From positions 32,001 to 96,000 of the forward strand of contig JBEKDF010000002.1 in the NCBI GenBank assembly GCA_050014495.1: a stretch of 64,000 nucleotides of DNA. Reading direction: 5' to 3'. A program made the translations under genes and the position numbers. This DNA comes from Candidatus Bathyarchaeia archaeon (GTDB taxonomy: Archaea > Thermoproteota > Bathyarchaeia > TCS64). The notes under the pieces are model-generated. The model made no database searches. It saw only the letters and a program-made list of their open reading frames with translations, and was not told the origin of the DNA. Shown here piece by piece: positions 30,521 to 40,130 of this stretch. How positions within the stretch are numbered: position 1 is the stretch's first letter; the number at the start of each line of letters is the position of its first letter.

Positions 30521-32934
30521 TGAATGTAAGAATGGAATCAATCCTCATTACCCCCGGTATCAGCCTCTTCGAGCAAGTAGGTCTGATGGTCGTCGTTCTC
30601 ACGGGAATCGCAGCCCTATGCTACGCCTGGATCTTAGCCCGGAGGGTCCTCAAGGAGGACCCTGGGACTCCTAAGATGCAGGAGATCTCAAACTCCATCA
30701 GAGAGGGGGCTGTGGCTTACCTCAACAAGCAGATGTCCGTCGTCATACCCATCGCCATCATACTAGCCTTCGCGCTGTTCCTGACTGCCTACCTGGCTAA
30801 TTCGCCCTGGGATATCTCCATCGGGCGAGGCATCGCACTGCTCATGGGTGCCAGCTGCTCGCTGGCCATCGGGCAGATCGGCCTCAGGTACATTGGCACC
30901 CGAGCCAACGTGCGCGTCGCCCAGCAGGCTCGGAGGGGCTCCTTTAAGGACGCCCTTAGGGTGGCGTACCACGCTGGAACCATCGCGGGCATGCTCGCCG
31001 ATGGCCTTGGGCTGCTCGGCGGAACTACCATCTTCCTAATCTACGGGACCCACGCCCCCGAGGTCCTCCTTGGCTTCGGCTTTGGTGGCACTATCCTCGC
31101 GATGTTTATGCGTGTTGGTGGTGGCATCTATACGAAGGCTGCCGACGTGGGTGCTGACCTCGTCGGTAAGGTTGAGGCGGGCATCCCCGAGGACGACCCG
31201 CGGAACGCGGCGTCGATCGCTGATCTTGTCGGTGACAATGTCGGGGACTTTAGCGGGATGGCGGAGGACGTCTTCGAATCCTACGAGGTTACAATCGTTT
31301 CCGCCATGATCCTAGGCTTAGCAGTGATGCAGGTTGACCCTGCCCACAGCCTAAAGTGGATCGTCTTCCCGCTACTTGTCCGCGCCATTGGCGTCTTCAG
31401 CTCCATCATAGGTACCTACGCGGTCGCCATCTGGCCTGTGAAGGAGGACGCCTTCCGCGCCATGGACATAAGCTACGACCTATCCTCCGTGATTTCGATA
31501 GTGTCCTTCTTCTTGCTCTCCTGGTTCTACGCCCAAGACATTAGGCTATTCTCCGCAACGGCGACCGGTATACTCCTCGCCATCGCGTTTAACAAGTATA
31601 CTGGCGCCTTCACAGAGCGGGGTACTGCCGCAGTAAACGATATAGTCAACTCTGCGAAGACTGGGCCCGCCCTCGTAATCCTTAGTGGGCTCGCGATGGG
31701 TTACGAGAGCACAGTCTGGGCTCTTCTCATAATAGTCGTGTCGATAATACTATCCATCTCCATCTACTCCTTCACATTCCCCGCGGCGGCGATCACAACG
31801 ACGCTGTTGTTGACCGGCGTCCTCGCGCTTATTATCGGCTACATCCTAGCGAAGCGCTCCAAGAAGATCGAGTTGGGCGTCTTCGGGGCCGTCGCTATTG
31901 TTGTGCTTGGAATCATATTCACAAGCTTCAAGGTTCCTGACACAAGCGCTGTCCTCTTTATAACCTACTCTATCGCACTCAGCGGCATCGGAATGCTCTC
32001 CCACACGGGGAACAACCTCGCTATGGATGCCTTCGGCCCAATCTCGGACAACGCCGGCGGCATCGCCGAGATGTGCAAGGACGAGTTCGACAGCGAGGAG
32101 GGTCAGAGGACCCTCTCCGAGCTCGACGCGACCGGGAACACGACCAAGGCGATCACGAAGGGGATCGCCATCGCCTCCGCCGTTATTGCAGCGGTCAGCC
32201 TTTTTGGCTCATACATTGAGACACTTCAGTCCTCTGGGGGTGCCCCTATTGTACTGGATATCGCGGACACACGTGTCTTCGTAGGCATACTGATCGGCGG
32301 CGCTTTGCCCTTCCTGTTCAGCTCGGTGCTTCTACGAGCAGTCCAGAGGGCTGCTTCCTTGATAGTTGAGGAGGTACGTAAGCAATTCCACATACCAGGC
32401 GTGATGGAGGGTACGGTAAAGCCCGACTACGGCGCCGTGGTCACAATCTGCACACAGGCCGCGCAGAGCGAACTGGTCAGTGTCGCCCTGCTGGCCGTCC
32501 TGATGCCGATAGTCGTCGGTCTGCTAATCGGTGATCTGGCGCTGGGCGGCTTCCTCGCTGGGATAATCGTCAGCGGTCAGCTCCTCGCCGTCTTCATGGC
32601 GAACGCGGGAGGCGCCTGGGACAATGCCAAGAAGCAGATCGAGGGAGAGCCCAGCGACCCGGCGAACAACACTGGTAAGCGCTCCGAGAGGCATAAAGCG
32701 AGCGTCATCGGCGACACGGTTGGAGACCCCCTGAAGGATACAGCGGGACCTGCTCTAAACCCTATGATCAAGGTAGTCAACCTAGTCTCGCTGCTCATTG
32801 CCCCGCTGCTGCTAGTCGTCTCCCGCGGAGATGCGAACATGCATATACTCGGTTACGCGATCGGCTTCGTCTTCCTCCTGGTGATCGCCTTCGCGGTCCT
32901 CAGGAGCAAGAGGTCTAACCCCCACCAACTATAG
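30520..32934 (+). CDS. hppA: Membrane-bound ion-translocating pyrophosphatase, K+-independent signature
   Basis: GGGIYTKAADVGADLVGKVE, EDDPRN, GDNVGD, GNTTKA, GGAWDNAKK, GDTVGDPLKDT. Confidence 0.97.
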   Translation: MNVRMESILITPGISLFEQVGLMVVVLTGIAALCYAWILARRVLKEDPGTPKMQEISNSIREGAVAYLNKQMSVVIPIAIILAFALFLTAYLANSPWDISIGRGIALLMGASCSLAIGQIGLRYIGTRANVRVAQQARRGSFKDALRVAYHAGTIAGMLADGLGLLGGTTIFLIYGTHAPEVLLGFGFGGTILAMFMRVGGGIYTKAADVGADLVGKVEAGIPEDDPRNAASIADLVGDNVGDFSGMAEDVFESYEVTIVSAMILGLAVMQVDPAHSLKWIVFPLLVRAIGVFSSIIGTYAVAIWPVKEDAFRAMDISYDLSSVISIVSFFLLSWFYAQDIRLFSATATGILLAIAFNKYTGAFTERGTAAVNDIVNSAKTGPALVILSGLAMGYESTVWALLIIVVSIILSISIYSFTFPAAAITTTLLLTGVLALIIGYILAKRSKKIELGVFGAVAIVVLGIIFTSFKVPDTSAVLFITYSIALSGIGMLSHTGNNLAMDAFGPISDNAGGIAEMCKDEFDSEEGQRTLSELDATGNTTKAITKGIAIASAVIAAVSLFGSYIETLQSSGGAPIVLDIADTRVFVGILIGGALPFLFSSVLLRAVQRAASLIVEEVRKQFHIPGVMEGTVKPDYGAVVTICTQAAQSELVSVALLAVLMPIVVGLLIGDLALGGFLAGIIVSGQLLAVFMANAGGAWDNAKKQIEGEPSDPANNTGKRSERHKASVIGDTVGDPLKDTAGPALNPMIKVVNLVSLLIAPLLLVVSRGDANMHILGYAIGFVFLLVIAFAVLRSKRSNPHQL

Positions 32935-32940
32935 GAAAAA

Positions 32941-32975
32941 CCAAAGGCGGAAATTCGCCTCTGGTATTTTTATTT
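32941..32975 (+). terminator. Hairpin plus T-tract downstream of hppA
   Basis: CCAAAGGCGG pairs with TCGCCTCTGG, followed by TATTTTTATTT. Confidence 0.5.
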
Positions 32976-33087
32976 ACACCACCCAGACTCAGCTGGACGA
33001 TTTAGGATTTCTTCTCTTTTTATTAGCGTTTAAACCCATCACTGCGACGAATCAACGTTAAATCCGCATCGGATCCACCTATTCGTC

Positions 33088-34386
33088 ATGTCTAAGGAAT
33101 CCATCAAGAAGAGGGTGCTGGATGTGATAGACACCCGCGCTGACGAGATAATCGAGATCGGTGAGACGATCTGGAGGAACCCGGAGCTCGGCTTCAAGGA
33201 GTGGAAGACGGCTGAGCTCGCAGAGAGGAAGTACGGTGAGATGGGGTGGGCCTACGATTCGAAGATCGGGATCACGGGCTCAAAGGCTTATCTGAAGAAG
33301 AAGGGGAGGGGGCCGGTCATCGGCGTAATCGGTGAGCTGGACGCGATACGCGTACCTGACCACCCGGAGTGCGACCCCATAACTGGGGCGGCCCACTCCT
33401 GCGGCCATAATGCCCAGATGGCGGCTATGCTCGGCGCGGGCTTCGGGCTGAATGAGGTTGTGGGGGAGCTCAATAGCAATGTAGCCCTCCTAGCTGTCCC
33501 CGCAGAGGAGTACCTTGAGATCGACTACAGGAACAGTCTCAGGGAGAAGGGGAAGCTCGAGTTCTTCGGGGGGAAGCAGGAGTTCATCCGCTTAGGCCAC
33601 ATGAAGGATATCACCATCAGTCTCGGGAGCCATACCGACAGCGAGATTACGGAGAAGCTCAGCGTTGGCGGGAGCAACAATGGTTTCGTGGGGAAGATGG
33701 TCCACTACATCGGGCTCGAGGCCCACGCCGGGGGGAGCCCCCATAAGGGTATCAACGCTCTAAACGCAGCGATGCTCGGTCTCATGGGCATTCACGCGCA
33801 GCGGGAGACCTTCAGGGACGAGGATAACATCAGGGTCCACCCCATAATCACGAAGGGCGGGGAGATCGTGAACAATGTCCCAGCTGATGTCCGTATGGAG
33901 AGCTACGTGAGGGGGAAAACTGTTGAGGCGATTAAGGACGCGAACATCAAGGTAAATAGAGCCCTAACAGCGGGGGCGATGACGGTTGGGGCTGAAGTAG
34001 AGATAGACGACCACCCCGGCTACATGCCGTACATCAAGGACGCTGCACTCGATGAGATTCTGAAGGCGAACGCCTCTTCCCTCGTTGGTGAGGGACAGAT
34101 CAAGGTGAAGGGCCATTCAACGGGCTCAACCGACTTGGGCGACGTAAGCTGCATAATGCCAACGACGAGTATCGGCATGGGCGGTTGCACAGGTAGGGGG
34201 CACGGGCGCGACTACAAGATAGTCGACAAGCAGATCGCCTACGTCCTCCCAGCGAAGGTGATGGCGCTAACCTGCATCGATCTCCTCTACGACAAGGCGA
34301 AGCTCGCAAAGGAGATCACGAAGGGGTTCAAGCCAACGATCCCACCTGACGACTATACGGGCTTCATGCAGAGGCTCGTCGCCTAA
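33088..34386 (+). CDS. M20 family amidohydrolase (AbgA/ACY1L2-like)
   Basis: NPELGFKE, ELDA, HSCGHN, PAEE, AHAG..P..GINAL, GSTD. Confidence 0.92.
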   Translation: MSKESIKKRVLDVIDTRADEIIEIGETIWRNPELGFKEWKTAELAERKYGEMGWAYDSKIGITGSKAYLKKKGRGPVIGVIGELDAIRVPDHPECDPITGAAHSCGHNAQMAAMLGAGFGLNEVVGELNSNVALLAVPAEEYLEIDYRNSLREKGKLEFFGGKQEFIRLGHMKDITISLGSHTDSEITEKLSVGGSNNGFVGKMVHYIGLEAHAGGSPHKGINALNAAMLGLMGIHAQRETFRDEDNIRVHPIITKGGEIVNNVPADVRMESYVRGKTVEAIKDANIKVNRALTAGAMTVGAEVEIDDHPGYMPYIKDAALDEILKANASSLVGEGQIKVKGHSTGSTDLGDVSCIMPTTSIGMGGCTGRGHGRDYKIVDKQIAYVLPAKVMALTCIDLLYDKAKLAKEITKGFKPTIPPDDYTGFMQRLVA

Positions 34387-34434
34387 ACCTCATATCCTCC
34401 CCATTCCCTCCTCCACCAAGGAGGTTGCTTCGAC

Positions 34435-35262
34435 ATGATGGAGTTCAGGGAATTAACAAAGGGCGTAAATATACCCATCCTCGGCCTTGGGACATGGGGC
34501 ATGGGTGGCAGGGAGACCCCTGATAAGGTACGGGATAGCGAGACTGTGACCGCCATAAGGATGGCGGTAGAGCTCGGGTTGACCCACATCGACACCGCCG
34601 AATACTATGGTGCGGGCCACGCTGAAGAGCTAGTCGGTGAGGCGATTGAGGGGATGGACCGTGGGAAGCTCTTCATAACCTCTAAGGTCTGGCACAACCA
34701 CCTACACAGAGATGACCTGCTACGCTCGATTAGGGCGAGCCTCAAACGCCTTGGCAGCGACTATGTTGATCTCTATCTCATCCACTGGCCGAACCCCGAC
34801 GTTTCCCTCAAAGAGACGATGGGCGCGATGGAGGAGTGCCTCCGGGAGGGGCACACCCGTTTTATTGGGGTTAGCAACTTCAGCGCCCAGCTCATGGAGG
34901 AGGCCCAGAATCTCCTCAGGGAGACGAAGCTAGTCGCGAACCAGGTCCAGTACAGTCTCCTCGACCAAAAGCCCCGGATGGAGCTCCTCCCCACATGCCG
35001 GAGGATGGGGGTGAGCCTCATCGCCTACAGGCCACTAGAGAGAGGGGCCATCCTCCAGACACAAAACGTGGTGATGGACGAGATCGCTAAGGCCCATAGC
35101 AAGACCCGCGTTCAAGTCGCTCTAAACTGGCTGATAGCACAAGATAACATATTCACTATTCCCAAGTCGACGAACCCCATCCATATTATGGAGTTCATGG
35201 GGGCCCTCGACTGGCGACTCACCCCGGATGAGTGGAGTCGTTTGGCCGAAGCATACAGGTGA
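34435..35262 (+). CDS. Aldo/keto reductase
   Basis: LGLGTW, IDTAEYY, YLIHWP, IGVSNF, IPKS. Confidence 0.95.
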   Translation: MMEFRELTKGVNIPILGLGTWGMGGRETPDKVRDSETVTAIRMAVELGLTHIDTAEYYGAGHAEELVGEAIEGMDRGKLFITSKVWHNHLHRDDLLRSIRASLKRLGSDYVDLYLIHWPNPDVSLKETMGAMEECLREGHTRFIGVSNFSAQLMEEAQNLLRETKLVANQVQYSLLDQKPRMELLPTCRRMGVSLIAYRPLERGAILQTQNVVMDEIAKAHSKTRVQVALNWLIAQDNIFTIPKSTNPIHIMEFMGALDWRLTPDEWSRLAEAYR

Positions 35263-35263
35263 G

Positions 35264-36157
35264 GTGCCGACGGGCATCCCAGCCGACGCGGTGAGTGTCA
35301 CCGAGTGGCTCATAGAGAGGGGGACGAGCCTCGGATTCCACGTTGAGAGGAACCACGTGAGTCAGGAGGACGGAGCCATCGCGGACGTGGCCTATTTCCT
35401 AAATCCGGGGCAGAAGCCGATCCTCACATTCACGGTCGAGGAGGCGGAATCCATGAGACTTATATCGGGTGCCCTCCAGTGGGCGGGTTTCTCCACGGAG
35501 CCCAAATCGTGGATGCATATCTGTGTCTTCCTCGGCGACCTCGCCAGCATTCCATCGATCCCGAACACTGCTAAACACTACGATGCCCAGAATCTAGATC
35601 GTCTACCCGGTGACCTAGACGAAATCGTGGCACATATGATCAGACTACTCACCCACTACATCGCCCAGGAGGTCATCGATACTGGGGCAGCGATTCGGAG
35701 GATTGCTGCTTCTACCGTCGATTGGCCGAGGGGCAGAAGAAACACACGGCTTGGTTACGTTGCATCTACTAGGTTAACGGGTTATGGGCTGGACTTGTTC
35801 TCCGCCGAGGACAATGAGGATGGCGAGGCAGGTACCATTTTGAAGCCAAGTCGCAAGGTTGTGCCACTGGATTTGGTCAGTGGTGGCTTATCTTTCGAGG
35901 GTGCACTAATGAGGCTCGTTGAGGCCAGAGAGAGGCAACTACTCCTCTCCTCGGAGCATAGGAACTACCCATTCATCTTCTGTCTCAGTACCGGGGAACA
36001 TGGTGGCGAGTCCCGTCTAGAACTTTGGTTCGATGTCGATAAGTCAAACGTCCCCCAGGCCCTGAACTTCTGGGCCCTCGTCGAGGCAGTAGAGGGCTCG
36101 AAGTCAGTCAGCCTGGTCGGCCCATCGGAACGAGTAGCTGAGTTGTTTCTCGCCTAG
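35264..36157 (+). CDS. Hypothetical protein, possible degenerate PD-(D/E)xK-like N-terminus
   Basis: Long ORF starting right after the AKR stop (GGTGAGGTG); no recognised family. Confidence 0.65.
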   Translation: MPTGIPADAVSVTEWLIERGTSLGFHVERNHVSQEDGAIADVAYFLNPGQKPILTFTVEEAESMRLISGALQWAGFSTEPKSWMHICVFLGDLASIPSIPNTAKHYDAQNLDRLPGDLDEIVAHMIRLLTHYIAQEVIDTGAAIRRIAASTVDWPRGRRNTRLGYVASTRLTGYGLDLFSAEDNEDGEAGTILKPSRKVVPLDLVSGGLSFEGALMRLVEARERQLLLSSEHRNYPFIFCLSTGEHGGESRLELWFDVDKSNVPQALNFWALVEAVEGSKSVSLVGPSERVAELFLA

Positions 36158-37434
36158 ATCGGTTCCTCATCCACAGCGCGTCTTGGCTTGAAGTGCCACT
36201 CCAGTAGGCTCGCGGAGCCAAAGAGGGCGATGCTGCTGAAGAGGAAGGTGACCGGGTAGCCGAGGAAGAAGCTGATTGTCCCGCTGAGGAAGCTGCCGAG
36301 GAACAACGCGACGCTGTTTATGGCACTGTAGACTCCGAGGGTGCCCCCCTGCCCCTCTCGGGGGAGGAACCTGTAGAGGAGGGCATTCATGCCTATTGTG
36401 ATGTTCGTGTAGGCCATACCGATGAGGAGGTAGAGGAGGAGCGTCACGTAAAGGACATCGTGACCGAAGAAGTAGAGACTCTCGATAGCCCCGAAGAGGA
36501 AGGCCATCGCCCTGAGGCTGAGGAACTCTACCAACATGCCGGGGTCCCCTTTCCTGCTGAAGCCGCTGAGCCTTTGGGAGGCGGCGAGCCCGTTTATGCA
36601 CGTGATGAAGATGCTTAGCCCCGTAATCTCGAGGTAGGTGAGGTTGTTCGCGTTGAGGAATGGGGTGTAGCTGGTGAAGAATAGGTTGGCGCCGAGGAAG
36701 AAGAGGGCATTCGTTGCCATTATGATTGGGATATCCCTTGTCACCGTGCTCCGGGCCCCGTCGACGAGTCCCTTGAAGTCCTCCAACTTGGGGACCTTTA
36801 GAATGAGCACAGGGAGGTGGGTTAGGCGGGAGATGAGGGCATCGGGGTCGAATGCTATCGCCTGCCTCTCCGTCTTCGTCTTCGAGTCCTTCACGAGTAC
36901 TATGCACGCCACGAGCAGCGCGGTGCTGAATGCGATGGGGAGCAAGGCCACAGCCGTGAGGGGGAGGGACGTCAGGACGAGGAAGCTGAGAGTATTCCCC
37001 GTGAGGCTTCCGTAGATCATGTACTTGAAGCTGAAGGCGCTCCCCTCGCCGAGGTTCTCCTTGGCTACGGTGTCCATGAGGAGAAGGCTGAAGATGGTGG
37101 GGCTGAAGCTGCTGAAGAAGCTGTAGATGGCGTAGAATCCGATTATGAAGTTGATGTCCCCAGATAACGCAATAATGCTAAGAGTGAGCAGTTGCCCGAC
37201 GGCGCTCAGCACAAGGATGGGGCGCCTCTTCCCGATGTAGTCGGCGATCCTTCCACCGATGAATGCTGAGGGTATCAGGGAGATGTTGTAGGCCGAGCTG
37301 GCGAGGCCGACGCTTAGCACGCTCCCACCGAGGTCGAGGATGCGTAGCGTGATGTAGGTCCCTATGCAGCTCTGTATTGCGTAGAAGGGTATGATGATGT
37401 AGAGCCAGGGAGGCTTCACGAACTTCTCCGCCAA
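36154..37434 (-). CDS. MFS transporter
   Basis: About 12 TM helices; G.IAD..GKRR motif A. Confidence 0.9.
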   Translation of the reverse strand: MAEKFVKPPWLYIIIPFYAIQSCIGTYITLRILDLGGSVLSVGLASSAYNISLIPSAFIGGRIADYIGKRRPILVLSAVGQLLTLSIIALSGDINFIIGFYAIYSFFSSFSPTIFSLLLMDTVAKENLGEGSAFSFKYMIYGSLTGNTLSFLVLTSLPLTAVALLPIAFSTALLVACIVLVKDSKTKTERQAIAFDPDALISRLTHLPVLILKVPKLEDFKGLVDGARSTVTRDIPIIMATNALFFLGANLFFTSYTPFLNANNLTYLEITGLSIFITCINGLAASQRLSGFSRKGDPGMLVEFLSLRAMAFLFGAIESLYFFGHDVLYVTLLLYLLIGMAYTNITIGMNALLYRFLPREGQGGTLGVYSAINSVALFLGSFLSGTISFFLGYPVTFLFSSIALFGSASLLEWHFKPRRAVDEEPI

Positions 37435-37529
37435 GTTTTAATCTACCACGACTCAGATACCTGCGTTAATCTCACAGGATTAATAAGGGTTGATGGCTGA
37501 CGAAGCGCTCAAATTTCTCCTGGTGGCTG

Positions 37530-39164
37530 ATGCCCATCGCAACAGGCGTCGTGGCAGGGGTCGCTGCTTCGGGGATAAACGGAGTCATCTTCTACGCCTG
37601 GGAGATTTTCTATCAGGACGCCTTGAAGACGCCCACCCTCTTCTTCATCTTCCCATTCACGGGCCTTGTGCTTAGCTATTTCCTCGTCCACCTACTCGCT
37701 TGGTACAGGACGCCTAAGAGCAGCTTCCACATGATCCTAGAGGTCTTCCATCTGACGCCGAGCGGTATGATGCCGAGGGAGGCGATCGTGAAGACGGCGT
37801 CGGGGGTCGCCACCTCGATCTTCGGTGGCTCCGCCGGCCCTGAGGGGCCCTCCATGGTAATCTCTGGGGGTTTCTCCAGCTGGCTGAACAAGATACTTCG
37901 ACTACGGATGGACTCGGGGAAGGCGCTCATGATAGGCGTCGCCGCGGGCTTCTCCGCCAGTTTCAAGACACCTCTAACGGGACTCCTCTTCGCGCTTGAG
38001 CTCCCATACAGGAGGGATCTCGAGAAGGAGTCATTCATCGAGGCAGCGATAGCGAGCTCCACGGCTTACCTAGTTTCAGTCGCCTTAGGGGCACCGAGTC
38101 TCGTTCCCAATCTCCAGCTCGACATCCCTGCGCTTCCGCTTATCTGGCTGCCAATAGCTATGGGCTTCGGACTCGCCACGGGTGGAATAGTGTTCGTCTT
38201 CACAAGCGCCTACGCGGCTTGTGAGAGGCTCGCCAAACAGATTATAGTTATGGGAGGCTACCCGCTGATGCTGCTCGTTGGCGGCTTCGTCTTGGGCACG
38301 ATCGGGTACTTCGTGCCTGAGGCAGTGGGGCCCGGGTTCCAGATGGTCCCGCTCCTCACTGGGGGTTCACTGATAGCGTTGGGTGTGGTGCTTTTGCTGA
38401 GGACGGTCGCCACGGGCGTGACGATGAACTTTGGGGGGACGGGTGGACTTTTTCTCCCCACGCTTCTCCTCGGAGGCGCGTGGGGAGCCATAGTTGGCAC
38501 GGTGCTGTTGCCTGCGATGACCCCCGTCTTCATACTCATGGGGATGGCGGCGTTCTCCGCGGGCGTCCATAAGATGATGCTGACCCCCATCATATTCATG
38601 GCCGAGGTATTTGGCGCCCATACCATCATCCCCATTATACTAGCCACCGTCGTCTGCTTCTTCGTCTCAGGTGCCTACAGCTTCTACCCCATCCAGCCCA
38701 CGAATAAGGTCAGCCATGAGGAGCTTGCGCTGGAGAGGTTCTACTATAAGGTGATGAGGAGTAAGCCGAAGGAGCTGGAGAAGCTGACGGCTGAGGACAT
38801 CTCAACTAAGAACCCGTTAGAGCTCGAGGCGGGCTTAAGCGTTAGGGAGGCTATGGACGCCTTTGGGAAAACTAGCTTCCGGGTCATGCCAGTCGTCGAC
38901 CCGGAAGAGCACGTCATCGGCTACGTCACTCTCGAGGACCTAGCATTTCTCTCCAAAACGATGCTGGATACTCCGTTGAGCACGATCGAACTACACCCCC
39001 CGATTGTGTTCCGTGAGGAGGAGAGTGTAATGAAGGTGATTGAGGAGATGATCGAGAGAAAGGAGGACCATTGCTTTGTCGTCGATGGCGATAAGAAACT
39101 CACCGGGATCATCTCAACCATAGATGTGACGCGATTGCTTATGCGCTACTATACTCAAATCTAG
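37530..39164 (+). CDS. ClC family anion channel/antiporter with C-terminal CBS pair
   Basis: GSAGPEGP, AGFSA.F..PL.G.LF.LE, GGLFLP, two CBS domains. Confidence 0.93.
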   Translation: MPIATGVVAGVAASGINGVIFYAWEIFYQDALKTPTLFFIFPFTGLVLSYFLVHLLAWYRTPKSSFHMILEVFHLTPSGMMPREAIVKTASGVATSIFGGSAGPEGPSMVISGGFSSWLNKILRLRMDSGKALMIGVAAGFSASFKTPLTGLLFALELPYRRDLEKESFIEAAIASSTAYLVSVALGAPSLVPNLQLDIPALPLIWLPIAMGFGLATGGIVFVFTSAYAACERLAKQIIVMGGYPLMLLVGGFVLGTIGYFVPEAVGPGFQMVPLLTGGSLIALGVVLLLRTVATGVTMNFGGTGGLFLPTLLLGGAWGAIVGTVLLPAMTPVFILMGMAAFSAGVHKMMLTPIIFMAEVFGAHTIIPIILATVVCFFVSGAYSFYPIQPTNKVSHEELALERFYYKVMRSKPKELEKLTAEDISTKNPLELEAGLSVREAMDAFGKTSFRVMPVVDPEEHVIGYVTLEDLAFLSKTMLDTPLSTIELHPPIVFREEESVMKVIEEMIERKEDHCFVVDGDKKLTGIISTIDVTRLLMRYYTQI

Positions 39165-40126
39165 GTCCTTCTATTCCCTATTCTCAGGGTCTCGTAAGTA
39201 CCATATCCATCCTTCACGCCGTCAAGCTCGTACTCACCGAAGCTCTGAGCGAGGATGGATACCTCACCGTGCTCGTCGATGAATGGAATCGGTACAACGG
39301 GCCCCGCCTTCCCCTTGAGAACATGCTTCGCATCGTCGGCGTCGGTCAGCTCCAAGACAGAGCTCACGGGTATGACGCCATTCTTGAACTGCTGATTGAG
39401 TATATGTATGCCCACGATTGGGATGTTCCTTCCCTCCTTCCAGAGGAACCCTCCGACGCTTAGCCTCCCATCGTCGAGGGCTATCGCTGCGGGGTTCACA
39501 GCCAACCCCTCATTGAACCAGACGACGTAGTAGAGCCAATCTCCGACGCCCGTCCAGTCGCGGACTCCGTGCGTGTGGTCCCGCTGACCTATGACATCGG
39601 TGAGTCTATACACATCTCCCCCGACTCGTACCTCGCCGCTGATCTTCGCGACCTGCTCCCAGTGCTCATCCCCGCTCTTCTTACCGATTTCCCGAGACTC
39701 CGGCGTCATATGATCGCTGTACTCGTAGGTCTCGTTGATGGGGTCAAAGTGAAGGTCGAGAAATACGGGGGCCAGCCGCGTGATAAGGGCTGGGTCATCC
39801 CTTATCCTGGGAAAGTCAGCGGGGTCACTGATGATTGCGGCTCCGCCGTTGAACCTGTAACTCCAGGAGCCATCCAGCTGCCTTGCGTGTGTCATTCCAC
39901 AGGCTTTGAGGGCTTCAGGGTAGGAACTAATCTTCTCGGCTCCTTGGAAGGTGGCTACGGAACCGTCTGGGAGGAAGAGTAGGAGGAAGATTGAGCCCTC
40001 TCCCTTATTTGGCTTGAAGCCCAGGCGCGTCATCCCACTTAGCCGGCTTCGCCTGTCGCTGAAGCAGAGATAGTAGCTCTCATTCCACTCACGGTGGGTT
40101 CCCGGCGTGTGGGTTAGCGGCTCCAT
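39161..40126 (-). CDS. Uncharacterised beta-barrel protein (CrtC/AttH/tocopherol-cyclase-like)
   Basis: WNESYY..F, R.G..PN, HWEQ...SG, GQRDHTHG.RDW. Confidence 0.7.
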   Translation of the reverse strand: MEPLTHTPGTHREWNESYYLCFSDRRSRLSGMTRLGFKPNKGEGSIFLLLFLPDGSVATFQGAEKISSYPEALKACGMTHARQLDGSWSYRFNGGAAIISDPADFPRIRDDPALITRLAPVFLDLHFDPINETYEYSDHMTPESREIGKKSGDEHWEQVAKISGEVRVGGDVYRLTDVIGQRDHTHGVRDWTGVGDWLYYVVWFNEGLAVNPAAIALDDGRLSVGGFLWKEGRNIPIVGIHILNQQFKNGVIPVSSVLELTDADDAKHVLKGKAGPVVPIPFIDEHGEVSILAQSFGEYELDGVKDGYGTYETLRIGNRRT

Positions 40127-40130
40127 TCCC

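Noticed and set aside
37490..37530. Possible CTG start (37497) or frameshifted N-terminus for ClC
   Set aside because: ATG 37530 is adequate and no conserved motif lies upstream of it
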